A stretch of 64,000 nucleotides of DNA from an uncultured Methylomirabilota bacterium (GCA_963705305.1 OY970067.1:3904001-3968000); one strand, 5' to 3'. Shown: positions 11,385 to 22,645, counted from the first letter of the stretch. Made by a program: numbers and translations. The notes: generated by a model from the letters alone, not told the origin.

Positions 11385-12989
11385 GTGAGCGCGCAGGGCG
11401 GCTCCGTGCGCCAGATCGCCTCGGCCGCCGGCGTCGTCAGCCTGGCGACGCTGGCCAGCCGGGTCCTCGGCTTTGTCCGCGATATGGCGCTGGCCTGGCT
11501 ATTCGGCGCGGGCATGATGGCCGACGCCTTCTTCGTGGCATTCCGGATTCCCAGCACCCTGCGGGAGCTCTTGGGTGAGGGTGCCCTCTCCGCGGCGTTC
11601 ATTCCGACCTTCACCCGGACTTCCACCCGGGAGGGGCGAGACGCCGCATGGGGGCTGGCGTCGGCCGTCATGGGAACCCTCATGGTCGTCCTGGCGGCCG
11701 TCACGACCCTGGGGATCCTCCTGGCTCCGATCATCGTCCATGTGCTGGCGCCGGGCTTTGCGGCCGATCCCGCCAAGGTCCTCCTCACGATCCGGCTCTT
11801 GCGGATCATGTTCCCCTACATTTTCCTGGTCGGGCTTGCCGCGCTGTTTATGGCCATTTTGAACTCGCTCGGCCATTTCCTCACCCCGGCCCTCTCCCCC
11901 ATCATGCTCAACCTGGCCATCATCCTGGCCGTCCTGCTGGTGGCCCCCCGGGTGAGCCATCCCATCGTCCCCGTGGCGGTGGCGGTGGTGGTGGGCGGCG
12001 CCGGGCAGCTCTTGGTGCAGCTGCCCGCGGCGCTGGCGCGGGGCTGGCGGCCTCGATTCCAGGTGGCGCCGAGGGATCCGGGGGTCCGACATATCGGCCG
12101 GCTCATGCTGCCCGGGGTGCTGGGGCTGGCGGTCACCCAGGTCAACGTCTTCGTGGGGACGCTGCTGGCCTCGTTGCTCCCCCAGGGAAGCGTGGCGGTG
12201 CTGACCTATGCCTTCCGGCTGGTCCAGTTTCCCATCGGGGTGGTGGGTGTGGCCATCGCCACGGGCGCCCTGCCGGTCATGGCCGCGGCCATGGCGCGTG
12301 ACGCCCCCGAGGAGATGCGGCGCGCCCTGCAGGACAGCCTGCGACTGGCCCTCTTCCTGGCCCTTCCCGCCATCGTGGGGCTGATTGTGTTCGGGGCCCC
12401 CATCCTGCATGTCCTGTTCGAGCGGGGCGCCTTCACGCGTCCGGTGACTCTGTTGACGGCCAAGGTCCTGACAGCATATGCCGTGGGGCTGGGATTTTAC
12501 GTGGCCAACCGGATCCTGGTTCCCGCCTTCTACGCCATGCACGATACGTGGTCTCCCGTGCTCCTGGGAATAACGGCGGTCGGGATCAACATCGGCGGCA
12601 GCCTCCTGCTCATGGGGCCGCTGGGTCCGGCCGGTCTGGCCCTGGCGACGGCGATTGCCTCGGCGGGAAATTTCACGCTGCTCCTGACGCGGCTACAGCG
12701 GCGCATCGGCTCCCTGGATCTGCGGGCGCTGGCGCATGCGGGGATCAGGGTGGCAGCGGTCTGCCTGGCCATGGCGACGTGGGGGCTCTTGACGCAGCAT
12801 TGGTGGGGGGTGATGGAGGTCCCGACCATACGCATCAAGCTCCTGCGCCTGTTTGGCGAAATGGTCGGGGCCGTCGCCGTTTTTGTGCTGGGAGCCTGGG
12901 TCGCGGGGTGCGAGGAGCTGCGCTGGGCGGTCGCCCTCCTCCGTGGACGCCGCAATCGGCGACGGCTCGCTCCGGGCAAGACGGGATGA
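11385..12989 (+). CDS. murJ: lipid II flippase MurJ (MviN)
   Basis: SRVLGFVRD, AFRIP..LRELLGEGALSAAFIP, RLVQFPIG, FERGAF; many TM helices; start approximate. Confidence 0.96.
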   Translation: MSAQGGSVRQIASAAGVVSLATLASRVLGFVRDMALAWLFGAGMMADAFFVAFRIPSTLRELLGEGALSAAFIPTFTRTSTREGRDAAWGLASAVMGTLMVVLAAVTTLGILLAPIIVHVLAPGFAADPAKVLLTIRLLRIMFPYIFLVGLAALFMAILNSLGHFLTPALSPIMLNLAIILAVLLVAPRVSHPIVPVAVAVVVGGAGQLLVQLPAALARGWRPRFQVAPRDPGVRHIGRLMLPGVLGLAVTQVNVFVGTLLASLLPQGSVAVLTYAFRLVQFPIGVVGVAIATGALPVMAAAMARDAPEEMRRALQDSLRLALFLALPAIVGLIVFGAPILHVLFERGAFTRPVTLLTAKVLTAYAVGLGFYVANRILVPAFYAMHDTWSPVLLGITAVGINIGGSLLLMGPLGPAGLALATAIASAGNFTLLLTRLQRRIGSLDLRALAHAGIRVAAVCLAMATWGLLTQHWWGVMEVPTIRIKLLRLFGEMVGAVAVFVLGAWVAGCEELRWAVALLRGRRNRRRLAPGKTG

Positions 12990-13095
12990 AAACCGGCGCG
13001 CTCCTGTATTGCGTGATGGGAGGCGTCGGCGAGGAGCGGGAAGAGGATTCGGCCGTTAACCCTTTGCGAGTAAAGCCTGAACCCTCATTTTGCGG

Positions 13096-13124
13096 TTGAC
13101 GCTCTAGGCCTTAAATGTTACAAA
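13096..13124 (+). promoter_or_regulatory. sigma70-type promoter for the ilvB operon
   Basis: TTGACG-17nt-TACAAA with TG extension. Confidence 0.6.
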
Positions 13125-13236
13125 ATCAAGCTCACGACCCGACCCCTAGGTCCGCGAGTGGACGGCCGGGCGGGCGCCGGACAGCAACAGGGGCCTCCGG
13201 GAGGGACCCTCCCGCAGGCGTGAGGGGGGATTGGTT

Positions 13237-14970
13237 ATGCGACTGACGGGCTCCGAGATTTTTTTGAAGTGTCTCCAGGCGGAAGGTGTGCAGACCATCT
13301 TCGGCCATCCCGGCGGTGTCCTGCTGCACGCCTACGACGTCCTGAGCGAATATCCCCTACGACACATCCTCTGCCGCCACGAGCAGGTGGCTATCCACGC
13401 CGTCGAGGGATTCTACAAGGCCAGCGGCCAGACAGGAACGGCCTTGGTGACCTCCGGACCTGGGGCCACCAACACCATCACCGGGCTCACCGACGCCCTC
13501 ATGGACTCCATGGCCATCGTGGTGTTCACGGGCCAGGTGCCCACCGCGGTCATGGGCTGTGATGCCTTCCAAGAGGCGGACGTGGTGGGGACCACCCGCA
13601 CGTGCACCAAGCACAACTTCCTGGCCGCCAGGACGGAAGAGCTGCCCCGCGTCATCAAGGAGGCGTACTACATTGCCCGCAGTGGTCGGCCGGGCCCCGT
13701 CCTGGTGGATCTGCCCAAGGACATCATCATGGGCAGGGCGGAGTTCAAGGAATACCCGCGGGAGGTCGCCATCCGCGGCTACAACCCGTCGGTGAACGGG
13801 CACATGGGGCAGATCAAGAAGGCGGTCGAGCTCATCGCGGCGGCCAAACGGCCGGTGATCTATGGCGGCGGCGGGATCATCCACGCCGACGCCTCGGTCG
13901 AGTTCACCGCGCTGGTGAACCTCACCCGGATCCCGACCACGCTCACCCTGATGGGCCTGGGGGCCCTGGATACCTCGCATCCCCTCTGGTTGGGGATGCT
14001 GGGGATGCACGGGACCTACACCGCCAACATGGCCATGGCCCACGCCGATCTCATGATCGCCATCGGCGCCCGCTTCGACGATCGGGTCACCGGCAAGCTG
14101 TCGGAGTTCGCCAAGAACTGCCAGATCATTCACATCGACATCGACCCCACCTCCATCCGGAAGAACGTGCATGTGGACGTGCCCATCGTGGGGGACGTGA
14201 GGCGGGTGCTGACCCAGTTGAACGCCGCCGTGCAAAATGTGGAGCGCGATTGGGCGAAGGATCTGGCAGAGTGGTGCGGCCAGATCGCCGAGTGGCAGCA
14301 GGAGCATCCCCTGACCTATCAGCAGACGCCGGACGGGAAGATCAAGCCGCAATTTGCTATCGAGGAGATTTACAAGGCGACCGAAGGGCTGGATCCCATC
14401 GTCACCACGGGGGTCGGCCAGCACCAGATGTGGGCGGCCCAGTACTACCGGAGCCACGGCCCGCGGCGCTGGATCACATCGGGGGGGCTGGGGACCATGG
14501 GGTTCGGCTTTCCCGCGGCCATGGGGGCGCAAGCGGCGTTCCCCAACCGGCTGGTAATCGACATCGACGGGGACGGCAGCTTCCAGATGACGATGCAGGA
14601 TCTGATCACCTGCGTCCAGTACGACCTGCCGGTGAAGGTCTTTCTGATCAACAACCAGTACCTGGGAATGGTCCGCCAGTGGCAGCACCTCTTCTACGGG
14701 AAGAATTACTCGCAGGTGGACCTGGCGGTCCAGCCCGACTTTGTGAAGCTGGCTGAAGCGTGCGGGGCCGTGGGGCTTCGGACGCAGCGCCCGTCGGACG
14801 TTCGGCCCATGATCGAAAAGGCCATCAGCACCCCGGGGCCCGTGGTGGTGGATGTCCAGTGTGAGCGGGAAGAGAACTGCTTCCCCATCATCCCAGCGGG
14901 CGGGGCCATCAGGGACATCATCGAGGCGGGCCAGCCGGTTCCCGAGAAATTCTTCCAGGGCTGGCGCTGA
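13237..14970 (+). CDS. ilvB: acetolactate synthase large subunit
   Basis: RHEQ, TSGPGATN, AFQEAD, GRPGPVLVDLPKD, TPP motif GDGSFQM..NN. Confidence 0.97.
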   Translation: MRLTGSEIFLKCLQAEGVQTIFGHPGGVLLHAYDVLSEYPLRHILCRHEQVAIHAVEGFYKASGQTGTALVTSGPGATNTITGLTDALMDSMAIVVFTGQVPTAVMGCDAFQEADVVGTTRTCTKHNFLAARTEELPRVIKEAYYIARSGRPGPVLVDLPKDIIMGRAEFKEYPREVAIRGYNPSVNGHMGQIKKAVELIAAAKRPVIYGGGGIIHADASVEFTALVNLTRIPTTLTLMGLGALDTSHPLWLGMLGMHGTYTANMAMAHADLMIAIGARFDDRVTGKLSEFAKNCQIIHIDIDPTSIRKNVHVDVPIVGDVRRVLTQLNAAVQNVERDWAKDLAEWCGQIAEWQQEHPLTYQQTPDGKIKPQFAIEEIYKATEGLDPIVTTGVGQHQMWAAQYYRSHGPRRWITSGGLGTMGFGFPAAMGAQAAFPNRLVIDIDGDGSFQMTMQDLITCVQYDLPVKVFLINNQYLGMVRQWQHLFYGKNYSQVDLAVQPDFVKLAEACGAVGLRTQRPSDVRPMIEKAISTPGPVVVDVQCEREENCFPIIPAGGAIRDIIEAGQPVPEKFFQGWR

Positions 14971-14981
14971 GGGAGGGGGGC

Positions 14982-15545
14982 ATGACCGACTCAAAGCACT
15001 ACCGAAAGCACACCCTCTCCATTTTGGTGGAGAACCGCCAGGGGGTCCTGGCCAAGATTGCCTCCATGATCGCTGCCAAAGGCTACAATATCGACAGCCT
15101 GTCCGTGGCGGAGACGCTGGATCCATCGGTGTCGAGGATGACGATCTCTCTCCACGGCGATGAGTGGGTGATCGAGCAGGCGGTGAAGCAGTTCCACCGG
15201 CTGATCGATGTGATCAAGGTGGTGGACTTGACCGACGAGGAGCACGTCAGCCGCGAGATGGTGTTCATCCGGGTCAGTGCCGAGCCGCAGAATCGGGCGG
15301 AGATCCTGCGCATTTCCGAGATCTTCCGCGGTCGGATCGTGGATGTCACCCCCTCCACCTATACGCTGGAGATCACCGGGGAGACCCGCAAGGTGGGTGC
15401 CGTTCTCGAGCTCCTGCAGCCGTTCGGGGTCCAGGAGATCGTCCGCAGCGGCACCCTGGCCATCGCGCGGGGAAGCAAGACCCTGTCCCGGCGGGAAGAG
15501 GGACGGCTGCGGGTGGCCAGTCGCACGCAGGCACTTACAGAATGA
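14982..15545 (+). CDS. ilvN: acetolactate synthase small (regulatory) subunit
   Basis: ACT domain [19 protein letters not shown]; directly follows ilvB. Confidence 0.95.
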   Translation: MTDSKHYRKHTLSILVENRQGVLAKIASMIAAKGYNIDSLSVAETLDPSVSRMTISLHGDEWVIEQAVKQFHRLIDVIKVVDLTDEEHVSREMVFIRVSAEPQNRAEILRISEIFRGRIVDVTPSTYTLEITGETRKVGAVLELLQPFGVQEIVRSGTLAIARGSKTLSRREEGRLRVASRTQALTE

Positions 15546-15558
15546 AACGAGGAGATCC

Positions 15559-16557
15559 ATGGCCAAACTCTACTACGACAAAGACGCAGATCTGGGATTG
15601 CTCAAGGGAAAGACGATTGGGATCATCGGCTACGGCAGCCAGGGCCACGCCCATGCCCTGAACCATCGGGACAGCGGGCTGGAGGTCATGGTGGGACTGT
15701 ACAAGGGCAGCAAGTCCTGGGAGAAGGCCAAGAGCGAGGGCCTACGGGTGGGGACCGTGGCCGAGACCGCCGAGGCGTCCCACCTCATCATGGTCCTGCT
15801 CCCCGACCAGACGCACAAGCAGGTCTACGAAGAATCCATCGCTAAGGCGCTGCGGCCGGGGAAGACGCTGATGTTCGCCCACGGGTTCAACATCCACTTC
15901 AACCAGATCGTTCCCCCCCCGGACGTGGATGTTTCGATGATCGCCCCCAAGGCCCCGGGCCACATGATGCGACAGGTCTACACGGAAGGATCGGGTGTGC
16001 CCGCCCTCCTGGCGGTGCATCAGAATCCTTCGGGGAGGGCCAAGGAGATGGCTCTGGCCTATGCCAAGGGGGTGGGGGCCACGCGAGCGGGAGTGCTGGA
16101 GACGACGTTCAAGGAGGAGACGGAGACCGACCTGTTCGGTGAGCAGACGGTTCTCTGCGGCGGTGTGTCGGCCCTGGTCCAGGCGGGATTCGAGACACTG
16201 GTGGAGGCGGGCTACCAGCCGGAGTCGGCCTACTTCGAGTGCCTGCACGAGCTGAAGCTCATCGTCGACCTGATGTACCAGGGCGGGCTGGCCTACATGC
16301 GCTACTCGGTCAGCGACACCGCCGAGTACGGCGACTACTCGCGCGGGCCGCGGGTGATCGGCGAAGCCGTGAAGGCGGAGATGCGCAGGATCCTGGCGGA
16401 GATCCAGGACGGACGCTTCGCCCGGGAATGGATTTTGGAGAACCATGCCGGTCGGCCGAGCTTCTATGCCATGCGCCAAAAGAACGCGGTGCACCCCGTG
16501 GAGATCGTGGGGAAGGAGCTCCGCGGCATGATGAGCTGGCTGAAGGCCCGCCAGTAA
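15559..16557 (+). CDS. ilvC: ketol-acid reductoisomerase
   Basis: [28 protein letters not shown]. Confidence 0.98.
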   Translation: MAKLYYDKDADLGLLKGKTIGIIGYGSQGHAHALNHRDSGLEVMVGLYKGSKSWEKAKSEGLRVGTVAETAEASHLIMVLLPDQTHKQVYEESIAKALRPGKTLMFAHGFNIHFNQIVPPPDVDVSMIAPKAPGHMMRQVYTEGSGVPALLAVHQNPSGRAKEMALAYAKGVGATRAGVLETTFKEETETDLFGEQTVLCGGVSALVQAGFETLVEAGYQPESAYFECLHELKLIVDLMYQGGLAYMRYSVSDTAEYGDYSRGPRVIGEAVKAEMRRILAEIQDGRFAREWILENHAGRPSFYAMRQKNAVHPVEIVGKELRGMMSWLKARQ

Positions 16558-16573
16558 GAGGACCGACCGCACC

Positions 16574-16972
16574 GTGCAACGCGCAGCAACGGCCAAGCGG
16601 GATCGCGAGCCATGGAATCAGGGGCCCCCGGGGAAGATTCATCTCGGGGCCCTGCTGCTGATCTTGATCCTGGCTGGGGCGGTCTTCCTGGGGATCAAGT
16701 TCGTCCCTCCCTACTGGACCTATTTCAGCATGCAGGACATCGTGGGGGACGCGGCCATGAGCGCCGCTCAGCCGGGGCGGGAGACCCGCGCAGGCGCCGA
16801 CCTGATGCAGGCCGCCCAAGCGCTGGGGCTGATGATCACCGAGGACGATATCGACATCTCGAAGGACGAGTCCGGGGTGGTCGTCCGGGTCGAGTGGGAC
16901 GCTTTGGTCGATCTCCTGGGGTATGATTACACCCTCCACTTCCGGATCGAGAAACGTGCCTCCACTCCCTGA
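16574..16972 (+). CDS. DUF4845-like single-TM membrane protein
   Basis: N-terminal hydrophobic helix followed by K.VPPY. Confidence 0.6.
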   Translation: MQRAATAKRDREPWNQGPPGKIHLGALLLILILAGAVFLGIKFVPPYWTYFSMQDIVGDAAMSAAQPGRETRAGADLMQAAQALGLMITEDDIDISKDESGVVVRVEWDALVDLLGYDYTLHFRIEKRASTP

Positions 16973-16979
16973 CCCCGGC

Positions 16980-17996
16980 GTGGAACGACAGCCGGCCCCG
17001 CCGCGCACCCCCCTGGCGATCATCGCTGGCCCGACGGGCGCGGGGAAATCCGCCCTGGCGCTCCGCCTGGCCGACCGCCTGCCGGCGGAGATCATTGCAG
17101 CCGATTCCATGCAGGTGCGTCGTGGATTCGACGTGGGCACGGGGAAGCCGTCCCTGCTCGAGCGCCGGGCCGTTCCGCATCACCTGGTGGACGTGTGCGG
17201 TCCCGCCGACGAGTTTTCCGCCGGGGAGTTTGCTGCGCGCGCCCATGCGGCGGCGGCGGCGATTCGAAGTCGCGAGCGGGTGCCGATCCTGGTGGGGGGA
17301 ACCGGACTGTACCTGCGAGCCTTCCTGAAGGGCCGGCTGGGCGGGACGGGGGCGGACCCCGCCATTCGATCCCGGCTGCGGCGTCAGGCCGAGACGGAGG
17401 GGTGCCGGGCGCTGCATGACCGGCTTGGTCGCCTGGACCCGGCGACGGCCGACCGGATTCATCCCGGCGACCTGCTTCGGACCGTCCGGGCGCTGGAGCT
17501 GTGGGAGCGCACCGGGCAGCCGCCCTCGACCATGCGGCCGGATCTCTGGGAGCCGCCGCGGATCCCCGTCTCGCTGTTTCTGGTGCTGGATCGCGAGCGG
17601 ACAGAGCTCTACCGCCTCATCGACCAGCGCGCCCGCCGGATGTGGGAGGGGGGGCTCCTGGAGGAGGTCGGCGCGCTCCTGGCCGCCGGCTATCCCCGCT
17701 CGCTGCGGGCTCTCCAGGCCCTGGGGTACCGGCAGGCCCTGGCGCACCTGGAGGGACGGCTGACCTCGGAGGAGGCTCTCCACTGCATGCAGCGGGCGAC
17801 GCGCAATTACGCCAAGCGGCAGCTGACCTGGTTTCGCCGGGAGACGGCGGCCGAGTGGCGCCTGGTGCGAGGATGGGATTGGGTGGAGCCGCTGGCCGAG
17901 GAGCTCGCCGGTCGTCTCTCGCCGTCGCCGGCCGGCCGCCTCGACCCCCTGGCGGCCTCAATGGCGGTCCACACCGAGGGGGATCCCCGAACGTGA
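16980..17996 (+). CDS. miaA: tRNA dimethylallyltransferase
   Basis: GPTGAGKS, DSMQV, VGGTGLY, TRNYAKRQLTWFR; start approximate. Confidence 0.96.
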   Translation: MERQPAPPRTPLAIIAGPTGAGKSALALRLADRLPAEIIAADSMQVRRGFDVGTGKPSLLERRAVPHHLVDVCGPADEFSAGEFAARAHAAAAAIRSRERVPILVGGTGLYLRAFLKGRLGGTGADPAIRSRLRRQAETEGCRALHDRLGRLDPATADRIHPGDLLRTVRALELWERTGQPPSTMRPDLWEPPRIPVSLFLVLDRERTELYRLIDQRARRMWEGGLLEEVGALLAAGYPRSLRALQALGYRQALAHLEGRLTSEEALHCMQRATRNYAKRQLTWFRRETAAEWRLVRGWDWVEPLAEELAGRLSPSPAGRLDPLAASMAVHTEGDPRT

Positions 17997-19411
17997 CTCC
18001 GACGGTCCCGGCGGCGCGGGCTGTGCGCGCATGGCGCCTCCATCCACCCGACGGACTGACGGGCCGAGTGCGCGTCCCGGGGGACAAGTCCATCTCCCAT
18101 CGGAGCCTGTTGCTGGGAGCCCTGGCGCAAGGAATTACCGAAGTTCGAGGCTTCTTGCGCAGCCAGGACTGTCTGGCCACCCTGGATGCGCTCCGCCTCC
18201 TGGGCGTGGAGATCGCCGAGGAGTCCGACGAGAGTCTGCGTGTCGTCGGAAACGGGCCGGAAGGCCTCCGGGAGGCGGGGAATGTCCTGGATGCCGGCAA
18301 CTCGGGGACCAGCCTCCGGCTGTTGGCCGGAGTCCTGGCGGGTCGGCCGTTCTGCAGCGTGCTGACGGGGGATGCCTCGCTACGCAGGCGCCCCATGCGA
18401 CGCATCGTGGAACCTCTGACCGCCATGGGGGCCACCATCCTGGGGCGGGACGGGGGCAACTACCCGCCGCTGGCCATCCGCGGCGGGGCGCTGTCCGGCA
18501 TCGCCTGGGACTCGCCGGTCGCCAGCGCCCAGGTGAAGTCGGCGGTGCTGCTGGCGGGCCTCCAGGCGCGCGGAGAGACGCGATTCAGCGAGCCCTACAT
18601 CTCGCGCGACCACACGGAGCGGATGCTGGCCGCATTCGGGTATTCTCCCCATCGGCGGGGCAGCACCGTCTGGCTGTCGGGGCCGGCAGCGCTCAGGGCG
18701 GCGTCGCTCACGGTCCCCGGCGATCTTTCCTCGGCGGCGTTTTTCCTGGTGGCGGCCGCGGCATGGCCGGGCAGCCAGCTCACGCTTCCCGGGGTCGGGG
18801 TGAATCCAACCCGGACCGGGATCCTGGAGGCCCTGCGCCGCATGGGCGCGACGGTGCGCCAGACGGAGCCTCGGCTGGAAGCGGGAGAGCCGGTGGCAGA
18901 CCTGACCGTCTTGGGGGCGCGGTTGCATGGCATCGAGATCGATGAGGCCATGATCCCCCGACTGATCGACGAGATCCCCATCCTGGCGGTGGCGGCCGCG
19001 CTGGCCGAGGGGGAGACCGTCATCCGGGGTGCCGGAGAGCTTCGAGTCAAGGAAGTGGACCGGCTGGCGGCGCTGGTGGGTGAGCTTACCGCGCTGGGGG
19101 TCGCCATCCGTCCGGCGGGAGACGGCCTCTGCATTGCCGGAGGGCGACGGTTGCGCGGCGCCGTCGTCTCCAGCCGCGGCGATCACCGGATGGCGATGAG
19201 TTTGGCCATCGCCGGGCTTTTTGCGGACGGAGAGACCAGCGTGTGCGACGTTGACTGCGTGGACACGTCGTTCCCGAGGTTTGCCGCGCGGTTGGCCGAC
19301 GTGGCGTCGGGCTGCGGCCTCTGCGAGGTCACCGGCACGGAGGCGGAGGGCGCTCCCTCGCCCGGGCGATGGACGGAGGCTGACGAGACGCCGCAGGGGG
19401 GGCGGCCATGA
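17993..19411 (+). CDS. aroA: 3-phosphoshikimate 1-carboxyvinyltransferase
   Basis: [42 protein letters not shown]. Confidence 0.97.
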   Translation: MTPTVPAARAVRAWRLHPPDGLTGRVRVPGDKSISHRSLLLGALAQGITEVRGFLRSQDCLATLDALRLLGVEIAEESDESLRVVGNGPEGLREAGNVLDAGNSGTSLRLLAGVLAGRPFCSVLTGDASLRRRPMRRIVEPLTAMGATILGRDGGNYPPLAIRGGALSGIAWDSPVASAQVKSAVLLAGLQARGETRFSEPYISRDHTERMLAAFGYSPHRRGSTVWLSGPAALRAASLTVPGDLSSAAFFLVAAAAWPGSQLTLPGVGVNPTRTGILEALRRMGATVRQTEPRLEAGEPVADLTVLGARLHGIEIDEAMIPRLIDEIPILAVAAALAEGETVIRGAGELRVKEVDRLAALVGELTALGVAIRPAGDGLCIAGGRRLRGAVVSSRGDHRMAMSLAIAGLFADGETSVCDVDCVDTSFPRFAARLADVASGCGLCEVTGTEAEGAPSPGRWTEADETPQGGRP

Positions 19412-20104
19412 GCCGGTCGCGCGATCGACTCGTCATCGCCATCGACGGCCCGGTCGGCGCCGGCAAAAGCACGGCCGCCCGCCGTCTGGCCAAGGCCCTG
19501 GGCTGCCTCTATATCGACAGCGGGGCGATGTACCGGGCAGTCGGCTGGAAGGCGCTTCGGGCCGGTATCGAACTGCATGACGACGCGGCGCTGAATCGAC
19601 TGGTGGCTACAACGGATGTGCAGGTGGTCCAGGGGGACCCGGGACCGCGCGTGCTGGTGGATGGGATCGAACGTCTCGGGTGAGCTGCGAACGCCCGTCA
19701 TGGACGAGGCCGCGTCGGTGGTCTCCACGTGCGCGGGGGTGCGGGAGCGGCTGGTGGCACTACAGCGGGGCATGGCCGAGGCAGGTGGTGTGGTGATGGA
19801 CGGACGAGACATCGGCACGGTCGTCTTTCCGAATGCCGACCTCAAATTCTTCCTGGATGCCGACGTGACGGTGCGGGCCGAGCGCCGCCGGCAGGATCTG
19901 GTGCGGGCCGGAAAACCGGCTGAGCTTGCGGCGGTCCGGGACGAGGTGGTTCGCCGGGACGCGCGCGATCGCGGGCGCGCAGTATCCCCGCTGCAGCCGG
20001 CCCCCGAGGCGGTCCGGATCGACACGACAGCGCTGGACGCGGACGCGGTGCAGCAGGCGCTCTTGTCCGCAGTGGCGAGATTTCTGGGGCGGGATAACTC
20101 GTGA
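19408..20104 (+). pseudogene. cmk: cytidylate kinase, split by a one-base insertion near 19670 (probably a sequencing error)
   Basis: [13 protein letters not shown] and DSGAMYR in the first frame; VMDGRDIGTVVFP in the second; removing one A at 19670/19671 gives ..[12 protein letters not shown].. Confidence 0.9.
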
Positions 20105-20203
20105 ATTTTTGAGGAGATACGGAATTTTTCTCTTGCCATCTTCCGCTCGCTCCGTGTATGATGCAGCCTCCTTGCTGGCCCCAGGCACAGGGGGGGGCGG
20201 GGG

Positions 20204-20833
20204 ATGATGTACACCCTGGGTTACCATCTGTGCCGGTGGATCGCCCGGACGTTTTTCGACCTCCGGGTGGAGGGCAGCGAGTGCGTGCCCTCGTCGGGAG
20301 CGGTCATCCTCGCACCCAACCACGTCAGCTACGTGGATCCGATTGTGGTCGGGGTGTCTGTGTCGCGACGCGTCCACTTCATGGCCAAAAAGGAGCTGTT
20401 CCGGAACCCTCTCGCAGCGTGGGTTCTCCGCGGTGTGCAAGCCTACCCGGTCGTTCGGGAGCGCGTGGAGCCGTCCACGCTGAAGCACACGCTCTCGCTG
20501 CTGTCGGCCGGACAGGTTGTCCTGATCTTCCCGGAGGGCACGCGAGGAGACGGGCGGACGCTGGGACCCTCGAAGGTCGGGATCGCCGTCGTGGCGGCGC
20601 GCTCTGGAGCCCCGGTCGTCCCGGTCTTCCATTGGGGGACCGAGACAGTTCTCCCGCGGGAGGGAGGCGGCATCCGCCGGGCGCCGCTTCGCGTCCGGAT
20701 GGGGCCGCCGATCACATTTCCGGGGGGCGACGTCGGCAACCGGGACGCCCTGGAGGCGTTTGGGCGGAAGCTCATGGAAAGGGTGTCCGCCCTGCGTCCT
20801 GCCGGGGAGGGGTTGACAGAAGAGTCCAACTAG
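20204..20833 (+). CDS. plsC: 1-acyl-sn-glycerol-3-phosphate acyltransferase
   Basis: NHVSYVD, FMAKKELF, FPEGTR. Confidence 0.92.
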   Translation: MMYTLGYHLCRWIARTFFDLRVEGSECVPSSGAVILAPNHVSYVDPIVVGVSVSRRVHFMAKKELFRNPLAAWVLRGVQAYPVVRERVEPSTLKHTLSLLSAGQVVLIFPEGTRGDGRTLGPSKVGIAVVAARSGAPVVPVFHWGTETVLPREGGGIRRAPLRVRMGPPITFPGGDVGNRDALEAFGRKLMERVSALRPAGEGLTEESN

Positions 20834-20932
20834 GCGGCGTGGCCGCCTTATCGTCATCCGCCGACGCACCACGAGCTGGGGTGCGTGTTGCGGAGCCAAT
20901 TCATGGCCGCGAGCAGGAGGGAGTCAGGTCGC

Positions 20933-22645
20933 ATGCTAGAAGAGTTGGTCCATTCGGATGTGACTGAGGACGGGGATCCCGAGGGGCTGGAAGGCTCGGG
21001 ACCTTCCGCAGAGATGCGGGAGATTTACGAGGAGAGCTTCCACGATATCGTCGAGGGCGATATTGTGAAAGGCACCATCCTGGAGATCAAAGACGATGTC
21101 GCGCTGGTCGACATCGGCTACAAATCAGAAGGACTCATCCCTCTCCGGGAATTCCGTACCCCCTCCGGTGAGATCGTCGCCAAGGTGGGGGATGTTGTCG
21201 ATGTGTACCTGGAGCAGAAGGAAGATACGGAAGGGCTCATCGTCCTTTCGCGGGAGAAGGCCGAGAAGATCAAGATCTGGGAGGAGCTCTCCAAGGTTTA
21301 CGAGAAGGGCGAGCCCATCAGCGGAACCATTCTGGGTCGCACCAAGGGCGGCCTCATCGTGGATATCGGTGTGCGGGCCTTCCTGCCGGGGTCGCAGGTG
21401 GATCTCCGCCCGGTGCGCGACCTGGACAAGCTGATCGGGAAGGCCTTCCCGATGAAGATCATCAAGCTGAACCAGAAGCGGGGCAATATCGTCCTGTCGC
21501 GTCGCGAGCTGCTGGAGGAGGAGCGCAAGCACCTCAAGGAGCAGACGCTGGCCGAGCTGGCGGAAGGTAAACGGATCAAAGGCAAAGTGAAGAATATCAC
21601 CGAGTACGGCGCCTTCGTCGACCTGGGCGGGCTGGACGGACTGCTGCACATCACCGATATGTCCTGGGGGCGCATCGGCCATCCCTCCGAGCTGTTCCAG
21701 GTCGGGGATGAGATCGAAGTGGTCGTCCTGAAGTTCGACCGGACCAACGAGCGGGTTTCCTTGGGGTACAAGCAGCGGCTGCCCGATCCGTGGGAGGCGG
21801 TGGAGCAGCGCTATGCAGTGGGGACCAAGCTCACGGGTAAGGTTGTGAGCCTGACGGACTACGGCGCGTTCGTGGAGCTGGAGGAAGGCGTCGAGGGGCT
21901 GGTGCACATCTCGGAGATGTCCTGGACCCAGCGCGTCAAGCACCCGTCCAAGGTCGTGGCCATCGGAGATACGGTGGAGGTGGTCGTCTTGGACGTTGAC
22001 CGCAACAACAAGCGCATCTCCCTGGGCATGCGGCAGGCGGAGCCGAATCCCTGGAACTTCATCGAAGAACGGTATCCCGTGGGCACGCGGGTCGAGGGGC
22101 GCGTCCGAAACCTGGCGGATTTCGGCGCCTTCGTGGAGCTCGAGGAGGGAATCGACGGCCTGATCCACATCTCGGACATGTCCTGGACCAAGCGCATCCG
22201 CCATCCCTCGGAGATTCTCAAGAAAGGGGAGAAGGTAGAGGCCATCGTCCTGCACGTGGACAAGGTCAATCACCGGATCTCCCTGGGGCTCAAGCAGATC
22301 CAGCAGGATCCCTGGCAGTCCAGCGTGCCCGAGAAGTATCGGGTGGGAATGGACGTGCAGGGTAAGGTGATCCGCCTCACCGACTTCGGCGCGTTCGTGG
22401 AACTCGAGGATGGCGTGGAAGGACTGCTCCACGTGTCGGAGCTATCTCACGAGCGAGTGAACAAGCCCGAGGACGTGGTGCAGGTGGGCCAAGAGCTCAG
22501 CTTGAAGGTCATCAAGCTCGATCCGGAGGAGCGCAAGATCGGCCTCAGCCTGCGGGCCTATCTGGAGGAGCAGCACGAAGAGGTCGGGGATGACGACGGG
22601 GGGCGGGGTCGCGGACGACGCCGGCGAGATGAGGCGGAGCAGTGA
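20933..22645 (+). CDS. rpsA: 30S ribosomal protein S1
   Basis: repeated S1 domains (YGAFVDL..GLLHITDMSW and similar), DIGYKSEG, AFLPGSQVD. Confidence 0.98.
   Translation: MLEELVHSDVTEDGDPEGLEGSGPSAEMREIYEESFHDIVEGDIVKGTILEIKDDVALVDIGYKSEGLIPLREFRTPSGEIVAKVGDVVDVYLEQKEDTEGLIVLSREKAEKIKIWEELSKVYEKGEPISGTILGRTKGGLIVDIGVRAFLPGSQVDLRPVRDLDKLIGKAFPMKIIKLNQKRGNIVLSRRELLEEERKHLKEQTLAELAEGKRIKGKVKNITEYGAFVDLGGLDGLLHITDMSWGRIGHPSELFQVGDEIEVVVLKFDRTNERVSLGYKQRLPDPWEAVEQRYAVGTKLTGKVVSLTDYGAFVELEEGVEGLVHISEMSWTQRVKHPSKVVAIGDTVEVVVLDVDRNNKRISLGMRQAEPNPWNFIEERYPVGTRVEGRVRNLADFGAFVELEEGIDGLIHISDMSWTKRIRHPSEILKKGEKVEAIVLHVDKVNHRISLGLKQIQQDPWQSSVPEKYRVGMDVQGKVIRLTDFGAFVELEDGVEGLLHVSELSHERVNKPEDVVQVGQELSLKVIKLDPEERKIGLSLRAYLEEQHEEVGDDDGGRGRGRRRRDEAEQ

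Noticed and set aside
12986..13099. 37-codon ORF upstream of ilvB as a possible attenuator leader peptide
   Set aside because: It is not enriched in Ile/Leu/Val runs, ends at the -35 box upstream of the likely TSS, and no terminator follows.
21560..22560. Internal direct repeats in the rpsA region
   Set aside because: Explained by the tandem S1 domains of ribosomal protein S1.
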